From positions 1 to 28,978 of IMG/VR virus record IMGVR_UViG_3300020370_000023: a stretch of DNA of 28,978 bases. The stretch is one strand, 5' to 3'. The stretch comes from a virus. Position numbers and translations under genes: made by a program. The notes beneath the pieces are model-generated. The model was not told the DNA's origin. It made no database searches and was given only the letters and a program-made list of their open reading frames with translations. Positions 13,625-20,177 of the stretch are shown here, in pieces. Numbering within the stretch: position 1 is the stretch's first letter; every line of letters begins with the position of its first letter.

Positions 13625-13991
13625 TACAAGTCAAGACAAACAGAATCTTTTTAATTACTTAAAAGAGCTTAATAGTGATTACATAGTTAAAGTAAAAAAG
13701 CAAAGAAACAACAGAAGCAATATGCAGAATAACTATTACTGGGCTTGTATAGTACAACCATTAGGAGAATCACTTGGATATTTTCCTGATGAAATGCACG
13801 ATACTTTAAAGGTCAAGTTTGCAAGTGAATGGCAAAGCATAGATATAAACGATAAACAGATAGGACTGCAAACAGTTAATAGTACAGCAAGAATGAATAC
13901 AAAAGAGTTTGAAGTTTATGCAGAACAAATAAGGATTTGGGCTTTAACAGAACTAGGTATAAGACTAATGCTACCAAATGAATATCAATAA
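13608..13991 (+). CDS. ninB: NinB/Orf-like recombination mediator
   Basis: VKVKKQRNNRSNMQNNYYWACI and STARMNTKEFEVYAEQIRIWALTELGI parallel lambda NinB (VVTIQERNRSLDQNRKLWACL and STSRMRVGEFAELLELIQAFGTERGV). Confidence 0.65.
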   Translation: MNFVINTSQDKQNLFNYLKELNSDYIVKVKKQRNNRSNMQNNYYWACIVQPLGESLGYFPDEMHDTLKVKFASEWQSIDINDKQIGLQTVNSTARMNTKEFEVYAEQIRIWALTELGIRLMLPNEYQ

Positions 13992-14761
13992 TGGAATTAA
14001 ATAAAATACATAATGAAAACTGCCTAGACACTATGAGTAGAATGCTAGATGACTTTGTTGATTTGACTGTTACTTCTCCACCTTACGATAATTTAAGAGA
14101 ATACAAGGGATATAGTTTTGATTTTGAAAATATAGCAAAAGAACTATATAGAGTTACTAAAGAAGGTGGTGTTGTTGTTTGGGTTGTTAATGATGCTACT
14201 ATCAATGGAAGTGAAACAGCAACAAGTTTTAAACAAGCATTGTATTTTAAGGAAATAGGATTTAAACTACACGATACTATGATTTGGCATAAAACCAATG
14301 CTATGCCTAATATATCAAAGAAAAGATACACCCCTTCATTTGAATATATGTTTATATTTTCTAAAGGGCAGCCGAAAGTATGTAATAGAATTACAGAAAA
14401 TTGTAAGTATGCAGGGAAAACAATACAAACATATACGACTAATAAAGAAAGTATAATGGGCTATAAAAACAGAAAGGAAACAAAGAAAGTAAAACCATTG
14501 CATAATATATGGAGTATAAAAGTATTTGGAACTAATTACGGACATCCTGCTATATTCCCCGAGAAATTAGCAAAAGATCATATAATAAGTTGGAGTAATG
14601 AAAATGATTTGGTTTATGATTGTTTTATGGGTAGTGGTACAACTGCCAAGATGTGCATACTTAATAATAGAAAATACATAGGAAGTGAGATAAGCAAAGA
14701 ATATGTAGATATAGCTAATAAAAGATTAATCAAATACAAAACTCAAAACAAATTGTTTTAG
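13991..14761 (+). CDS. DNA methyltransferase, beta-class N4-C/N6-A (no cognate endonuclease present)
   Basis: Catalytic motif IV (TSPPY) is N-terminal and AdoMet motif I (FMGSGTT) is C-terminal, plus IFPEKL. This is the PF01555-type architecture. Confidence 0.85.
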   Translation: MELNKIHNENCLDTMSRMLDDFVDLTVTSPPYDNLREYKGYSFDFENIAKELYRVTKEGGVVVWVVNDATINGSETATSFKQALYFKEIGFKLHDTMIWHKTNAMPNISKKRYTPSFEYMFIFSKGQPKVCNRITENCKYAGKTIQTYTTNKESIMGYKNRKETKKVKPLHNIWSIKVFGTNYGHPAIFPEKLAKDHIISWSNENDLVYDCFMGSGTTAKMCILNNRKYIGSEISKEYVDIANKRLIKYKTQNKLF

Positions 14762-14776
14762 TTTCTATTATATAGT
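14745..14776 (+). promoter_or_regulatory. Late promoter-like bipartite element, copy 2 (degenerate)
   Basis: AAAACAAATT (14745-14754), N9, then TCTATTATATAGT (14764-14776). It lies upstream of the terminase genes. Confidence 0.45.
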
Positions 14777-14805
14777 AAGAATTGAATAATCAATCTTTTT
14801 CAATT

Positions 14806-15075
14806 ATGGATAAACGAATAAATAACGGTGGTGCTAGAAAAGGTGCGGGGCGTAAGTCTAAGGCAGATGAACAAAGATTAATAGAGAACTTAACACCAAT
14901 GAATGAAAAGGCGTTAAAGTCTTTAGAACAAGGTATTGATAAAAAAGAACAATGGGCTGTTAAGTTATTCTTTGAATACTTTTATGGCAAACCTCAGCAA
15001 AGGGTAGATGTTACTTCAAATGATGAAAGCATTAATATGCCACTAATAAACTTTGTAGAAACTGAATCTGAATAA
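14806..15075 (+). CDS. Terminase small subunit candidate
   Basis: 89 aa from the ATG at 14806 (the track uses the in-frame TTG at 14782). It has a basic Gly-rich N-terminus (NNGGARKGAGRKSKADE) and sits directly upstream of TerL. Confidence 0.45.
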   Translation: MDKRINNGGARKGAGRKSKADEQRLIENLTPMNEKALKSLEQGIDKKEQWAVKLFFEYFYGKPQQRVDVTSNDESINMPLINFVETESE

Positions 15076-16264
15076 GAAATATCAAGCACTATTTAATTCT
15101 GATGCTCGTTATTTTATAATAACAGGCGGAAGGGGTAGTGGTAAGTCTTTTGCAGTTACAGTATTTTTAACTTTACTTACAATGGCTGAGGGGATCAGAG
15201 TATTGTTTACTCGTTATACAATGGTGTCAGCTCATTTATCAATTATACCTGAGTTCTTAGAAAAGATAGGACTACTAGGTTTTGAAAATATTTTTAGTGT
15301 AAATAAAGCTGAGGTTGTAAACTTAGGCAATCAATCAGACATATTATTTAGAGGTATTAAGACTTCAGCAGGAAACCAAACTGCAAGTTTAAAGTCATTA
15401 CAAGGTATTAGTTGTTGGGTCTTAGATGAAGCAGAAGAGCTTATTGATGAAGATATATTTGATACCATAGACCTTAGTATTAGAGAAAAGAATATACAGA
15501 ATAGAATAATACTTATATTAAACCCAGTTACTAAAGAGCATTGGATTTATAAAAGATTTTTTGAGGACAAAGGCGTAGAAGCTGGTTTTAATGGTTTTAA
15601 AGACAATGTATGCTATATCCATAGTACATACCTAGACAACAAAGAAAACCTCTCACAGAGCTTCTTAGAGCGTATTAAGACTATAAAGCATAGGAGTTTT
15701 AAAAAGTATCAGCATAAAATACTAGGAGGATGGTTAGATAGAGCAGATGGTGTAGTGTTTAATAATTGGAGTATAGGCGAATTTAATCCTGATGGCTTAC
15801 AGACTTCTTGTGGTATGGACTTTGGATTTAGTGTTGACCCTGACAGTCTCACAGAGGTCGCAATAGATAAGCGTAAGCAAAAGATATATTTAAAAGAACA
15901 TATATATAAGAATGGTCTAAAATCACAAGAACTTGCACAGATTATATTAGACAAAGTAGGTCAGAAACTTATAATAGCTGATAGTGCAGAACCTAGACTT
16001 ATAGCAGATTTAAAGCATTTAGGAGTAAACATTAAACCAGTAAAAAAAGGAACTATTGAAAGTGGCATAACTAGAATGCAAGATTTTGAGTTAGTAATAA
16101 CTCCTGAATCAACTAATATAGCTAAAGAGCTGAATAATTATATATACAGCGATCGATCCTCGAAATTATATGTAGATTCATATAACCATGCTATTGATGG
16201 AATTCGTTATAATGTTATTTATCACTTAGACAATCCTAATGCAGGTAAGTATTTTGTGCAATAG
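15062..16264 (+). CDS. terL: Terminase large subunit
   Basis: Walker A GGRGSGKS (15125-15148), Walker B CWVLDEAEE, and nuclease-domain motifs GMDFGFSVDPD, IADSAEPR, HAIDGIRY. The frame opens at 15059 after a TAG, the first ATG is only at 15182, and no ATG/GTG/TTG is available. The start given here (CTG at 15062) is a guess. Confidence 0.85.
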   Translation: MNLNKKYQALFNSDARYFIITGGRGSGKSFAVTVFLTLLTMAEGIRVLFTRYTMVSAHLSIIPEFLEKIGLLGFENIFSVNKAEVVNLGNQSDILFRGIKTSAGNQTASLKSLQGISCWVLDEAEELIDEDIFDTIDLSIREKNIQNRIILILNPVTKEHWIYKRFFEDKGVEAGFNGFKDNVCYIHSTYLDNKENLSQSFLERIKTIKHRSFKKYQHKILGGWLDRADGVVFNNWSIGEFNPDGLQTSCGMDFGFSVDPDSLTEVAIDKRKQKIYLKEHIYKNGLKSQELAQIILDKVGQKLIIADSAEPRLIADLKHLGVNIKPVKKGTIESGITRMQDFELVITPESTNIAKELNNYIYSDRSSKLYVDSYNHAIDGIRYNVIYHLDNPNAGKYFVQ

Positions 16265-16268
16265 AAAA

Positions 16269-16318
16269 GCCCCCCACTTTAAGTATTACGACAAGATAAT
16301 AGAAAGTTTGTGAGGGGC
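16269..16318 (+). other. GC-clamped long-loop inverted repeat after terL
   Basis: GCCCCCCAC (16269-16277) pairs with GTGAGGGGC (16310-16318): 9 bp with one C.A mismatch and a 32-nt loop. No T-run follows. Confidence 0.4.
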
Positions 16319-16374
16319 TAGTAACTAACTTGAAAACAAAAACCGTACAAATATATAAAAAAAAATAAAAGAGT

Positions 16375-16406
16375 AAACTAAATTTGAAGAATTTCTATTA
16401 TATAAT
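16375..16406 (+). promoter_or_regulatory. Late promoter-like bipartite element, copy 3
   Basis: AAACTAAATT (16375-16384), N9, then TCTATTATATAAT (16394-16406). The ATG is at 16409. Confidence 0.55.
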
Positions 16407-16408
16407 GT

Positions 16409-17008
16409 ATGAAGGTTAAAATTAAGAAGCAGGGCAAGACAAAAGAGTTTAAGTTAATTAGTAAGTGGGAAGATGTAACATTAGAGAAATGGTTAAAACT
16501 AATAGACTTTCACAAAGGTACAAAGAGTAAAGAAGCTCAAGAAACAATAGCAGCTTTATCTAATATTCCAAAAGACTTAATTAAGCAGTTGGAATTAAAA
16601 GATGTTGCACTTATAATGAGTAAGTTATCTGAGCTTCAAGCAAAACAAGATAGTTCTTTAAAAAGAATAGTTGAGGTAAATGGCAAAAGGTATGGTTTCC
16701 ATCCTAATTTAGATGAAATAACTTTAGGAGAGTATGCAGACATAGAAACCATGATTAAGAATGATATTGAAAAGAATATGCCTGAAGTAATGGCAATCTT
16801 ATATAGACCAATAGTTGAAGAAAACAATGATGTCTATACAATAGAAGCTTATGATGGTAATATAACCATAAGAGCGGAAGAAATGAAGAAGATGTCAGCA
16901 GAGCAAGTGCAATCAGCACTGGTTTTTTTTTATCATTTAGGCAAAGAATTGTCGCTGACTTTGCCATTATATTTGATGGAACGGCTGAAGGAAATGAAGA
17001 TGCAATAG
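16409..17008 (+). CDS. Tail-assembly-chaperone-like protein, short (zero-frame) form
   Basis: 199-aa acidic helical ORF (ITLGEYADIETMIKNDIEK...). It contains a slippery run near its 3' end and is followed by an apparent 162-nt gap. Confidence 0.5.
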   Translation: MKVKIKKQGKTKEFKLISKWEDVTLEKWLKLIDFHKGTKSKEAQETIAALSNIPKDLIKQLELKDVALIMSKLSELQAKQDSSLKRIVEVNGKRYGFHPNLDEITLGEYADIETMIKNDIEKNMPEVMAILYRPIVEENNDVYTIEAYDGNITIRAEEMKKMSAEQVQSALVFFYHLGKELSLTLPLYLMERLKEMKMQ

Positions 17009-17187
17009 CTTCAGAATCTTTTGCAGAAAAGTGGGGCTACTTTGGAATATTTTATAGACTGTGTAATGCTGATATTTCAAAGCTAGAACAGATAACTAAA
17101 CTTAATCTATTAGAAGCATTTACTTGGTTAAGTTATGAAACAGATTTAGAATCACAAAATAAAGTAAAACATGGCAGTAAGCAATAA
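16409..17187 (+). CDS. Tail-assembly-chaperone-like protein, long form by -1 frameshift at 16924-16930
   Basis: The -1 frame is open from 16861 to the TAA at 17185-17187. It reads ...LSFRQRIVADFAIIFDGTAEGNEDAIASESFAEKWGYFGIFYRLCNADISKLEQITKLNLLEAFTWLSYETDLESQNKVKHGSKQ. Confidence 0.5.
16924..16965 (+). promoter_or_regulatory. -1 programmed ribosomal frameshift signal (slippery heptamer, spacer, hairpin)
   Basis: T_TTT_TTT (16924-16930, inside a T9 run at 16923-16931) is in register with the zero frame. A 9-nt spacer follows, then a perfect 7-bp stem GGCAAAG (16940-16946) / CTTTGCC (16959-16965) with a 12-nt loop. Confidence 0.55.
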
Positions 17188-17719
17188 GAGTTATAACAAT
17201 GTAGTAAACACCCTTTGTAGAATGGGTGAGTATCACGAGCAAATTTCAACAGTATCAGTTGGAGACATATTTGATATTAATCTTGAAAAAATGGAGAAGA
17301 TGCCACTACTGCATATTAATCCAACATCTGTAACAACAGGAGATAGTGAATTGGTTTACAACTTTCAGATTTTTATTGCTGACTTGGTTTCTGAAAAAGA
17401 CAACTGGCAAACACATCAAGCTAAACAATTAACTAAACTATTAGACCCTAAGAACAACGAACAGCAAGTATGGAATCAGACCTTAGAAATATGTACTGAT
17501 TTTATAGGTATGTTAAGGCATAGTTCAAGACAATCACAAGAAGGAGTAAATGATATTAATGCTCCTTTATATTTTACACAAGACCAATTTACAATAGAAC
17601 CATTTCAAGAAAGATTTGACAATCTTTTGTGTGGTTGGACTTTTACAATAGGCGTTATAGTAATGAATGACTTTGATACTTGTGAGATACCAGTAACAGA
17701 TGCAGGTGCAGGGTACTAA
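17171..17719 (+). CDS. Hypothetical virion protein
   Basis: 182-aa ORF in the structural block. No family recognised. Confidence 0.55.
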   Translation: MAVSNKSYNNVVNTLCRMGEYHEQISTVSVGDIFDINLEKMEKMPLLHINPTSVTTGDSELVYNFQIFIADLVSEKDNWQTHQAKQLTKLLDPKNNEQQVWNQTLEICTDFIGMLRHSSRQSQEGVNDINAPLYFTQDQFTIEPFQERFDNLLCGWTFTIGVIVMNDFDTCEIPVTDAGAGY

Positions 17720-17786
17720 TGAAATTTAAGATAGGAAAATATACAATAGAAATAGGATTTTTTAAAATAACAATAAAATTATAAAC

Positions 17787-18236
17787 ATGGCAGATTTAGT
17801 AACAACAATAAGTGAATCAGTAACTTTAAATGGAGCAGTTAGAGGTGCTAGTAATTCAGTAACAACAACAGGTATAGTTGATGTAATGGAAAGAATAGTA
17901 ACTTGTACTCAAGCACAAACAACAACAATAGCAGTATTTGCTGCAAACCCTTACACTTCAGCAGGAGCAATAGATGTTGATAGAACAAGATATGTTAGAG
18001 TTACAAACTTAGACACTACTAACAACATTGAGTTAGCAGTAGTAACAACAGCAACTAATTATCAAGTAACAATAACTGGCGGAAATTCTCATATCCTAAG
18101 TATAGGAACTGAAGCAGCTATTGGAGAAACAGATACATCTCCAGCATTTGGTACTTTAGAAAACTTAGCATCTTTACAAGTAAAACCAGTAACATCAAAT
18201 GATGCTCAGGTAGAATTATTTGTAGGTCTTGTTTAA
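17787..18236 (+). CDS. Hypothetical virion protein (Thr/Val-rich, beta-type composition)
   Basis: 149-aa ORF with an A-rich leader. Its composition is typical of structural proteins. Confidence 0.55.
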   Translation: MADLVTTISESVTLNGAVRGASNSVTTTGIVDVMERIVTCTQAQTTTIAVFAANPYTSAGAIDVDRTRYVRVTNLDTTNNIELAVVTTATNYQVTITGGNSHILSIGTEAAIGETDTSPAFGTLENLASLQVKPVTSNDAQVELFVGLV

Positions 18237-18763
18237 TGAAAACGCAAAACATAGAAAGGTACTTAAATAGCTTTGGTAAACAAGTAGTAAACAGAGCTAA
18301 GAGTAATATTCAAAAAGCTAAAGGTGGCGGAACGAATTTAGAGAAATCTATAAGGTTTGAAGTCAAAACTGATGCTAATGGGTTTTCAGTACAATTTTTT
18401 ATGGATAGTTATGGTACTTTTGTAGATAAAGGAGTATCAGGAAACCAACAAGCTAGAAAATTTAAAGACTATAAAGGACAAGTAAAATCAAGTCCTTATA
18501 AATATACAACAAAGCAACCACCACCAAGTATATTAGCCAAATGGATAAGTAAAAAAGGCATGAAAGGCAGAGATAAAAAAACAGGCAGGTTTATTAGCAA
18601 TATGTCTTTAGCTTTTATAATTGGTAGAGCAATAAAAAGAGATGGAATACAAGGCATCAATTTCTTTCAAAAACCATTAGGACTTGGATTAAAGCAATTT
18701 GGGAAAGACTTACTTGGTGCAGTAAAAGAAGATATAATAGAAGGATTAACAACAGTAAATTAA
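18236..18763 (+). CDS. Possible neck/tail-completion protein (HK97 gp10-like feel)
   Basis: The layout NRAKSNIQKAKGGGTNLEKSIRFEV...GFSVQFFMDSYGTFVDKGV resembles the gp10-family pattern (...a...aP..tG.Lr.SI......y..fvE.G). The match is weak. Confidence 0.35.
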   Translation: MKTQNIERYLNSFGKQVVNRAKSNIQKAKGGGTNLEKSIRFEVKTDANGFSVQFFMDSYGTFVDKGVSGNQQARKFKDYKGQVKSSPYKYTTKQPPPSILAKWISKKGMKGRDKKTGRFISNMSLAFIIGRAIKRDGIQGINFFQKPLGLGLKQFGKDLLGAVKEDIIEGLTTVN

Positions 18764-18764
18764 T

Positions 18765-20177
18765 ATGGCAGCAAATTGTGTAATAGAACAACATCCAATA
18801 GGATTTTTTATACCAGTAGGACAGGAATTAATATTTGTAGTGTCTAACCGAGACGCAGTAGCAAATCAAACTAAAGTAAAGTTTTGTGCTGAAGTACATA
18901 TAGGCACTACTATACCAGTAACCGCTAATTCTGACAATTTAAAAGGTGTATTTAAAACAACCCCTAATAATGCAGGAGTAGGAATGTTTGATTTAAGGAA
19001 TGTAATAGAAAACTATGTAAAGGCAGATAACATGGCTGCTAATGGTAGTTCTTATAAAGGCACAACTACTTTAGATAGTGAAAGACACCCAGTTCATTTA
19101 ATAGACAAGTATTCTTTAAATACTAACTTAGGTCGTTATATGGTTATACAGTTTTATGTAGAATATCTAGGAGCGACAAATAATGGTGTTTCTGATCCTA
19201 ATGTAGTTGCTAGGCAAGATGGCACAACACAGAACTCTGAAGTTTATTTTCTTTTTAATGGTTATGTTAAACATACTGATAGTCTTTATAAGTCAGGTAA
19301 TAATTTTGGATTTGACACTTCTAAATTTTTTTTGAGTAGTATTACTGATGAATTTTTAACTAACGCACCTACTGAGCAATATGCAAATGTTGAGGACTAT
19401 GGAACTATGTCATTTGTAACATCTTCTATAAGCATGAATAGTATTGCACTTAATTATTATAGCAGCGATTATATTTCGTTAGGAACTGATACGGTTGTAA
19501 GAAACTCAAGCAATGGTGCTTGGGATAATCCTTTTGCAGCAGTTTCAGAAAATCAAATATTGCATATAGGTTGCTTTCCAGGCAATTTAAGAAATTGGAG
19601 TTCAACTTTTCAAGCATTAGTCACAGCAGGAACTATACAGGGCGGCTTTATTTCAGTACGGGCTTATTTTGATTTTTCAGCAATATCTAAGGCATATATA
19701 ATTCATGTTAATTGCCCTGACACTAAAAATTTTGAAAGCATTAGACTATGTTGGCTCAACCAATGGGGTGCTTGGGATTATTACACTTTTACTAAAAAGT
19801 CAACTAGAAGCACATCAACACAGGGGTCTACATATCATCAATTAGGTGGTAGTTGGAATGAAAGTCTATATAGACCTGATAGTTTTAAAGGTGGCAAGAA
19901 GTCTTTTAGAGTTAATGCTACTGAAAGAATTACAATGAATACTAATTTTGTTTCTGAAGATGACAATGTAATGTTTGAAGAACTAATTAATAGTCCTGAA
20001 GTTTATCTATTAGAGGGCTACCAAACTGATGCTGCTAATGCAGTTTTAAATAACTATGTAACACCAGTAAGACTTACAACATCTAGCTTTACTAAAAAGA
20101 CTTTAGCTAATGACAAACTTATTCAATATACATTTGAAATAGAAAAAAGTAAAACACTAAGAACGCAATCTATCTAA
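18765..20177 (+). CDS. Tail/baseplate structural protein (possibly distal-tail-like)
   Basis: 470 aa. The conserved-looking core is IRLCWLNQWGAWDYYTFTKKS...RITMNTNFVSEDDNVMFEELINSPEVYLL. It sits before the large tail protein. Confidence 0.45.
   Translation: MAANCVIEQHPIGFFIPVGQELIFVVSNRDAVANQTKVKFCAEVHIGTTIPVTANSDNLKGVFKTTPNNAGVGMFDLRNVIENYVKADNMAANGSSYKGTTTLDSERHPVHLIDKYSLNTNLGRYMVIQFYVEYLGATNNGVSDPNVVARQDGTTQNSEVYFLFNGYVKHTDSLYKSGNNFGFDTSKFFLSSITDEFLTNAPTEQYANVEDYGTMSFVTSSISMNSIALNYYSSDYISLGTDTVVRNSSNGAWDNPFAAVSENQILHIGCFPGNLRNWSSTFQALVTAGTIQGGFISVRAYFDFSAISKAYIIHVNCPDTKNFESIRLCWLNQWGAWDYYTFTKKSTRSTSTQGSTYHQLGGSWNESLYRPDSFKGGKKSFRVNATERITMNTNFVSEDDNVMFEELINSPEVYLLEGYQTDAANAVLNNYVTPVRLTTSSFTKKTLANDKLIQYTFEIEKSKTLRTQSI

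Noticed and set aside
14782-14805. The TTG at 14782 as the start of the TerS-like ORF (track call).
   Set aside because: The in-frame ATG at 14806 gives a conventional start (MDKRINNGG...). The TTG lies only 5 nt after the promoter-like box, so it cannot be excluded, and I mention it in the feature evidence.
17718-17783. A 21-aa mini-ORF (MKFKIGKYTIEIGFFKITIKL) in the 17720-17786 gap.
   Set aside because: It is too short and has no supporting signal.
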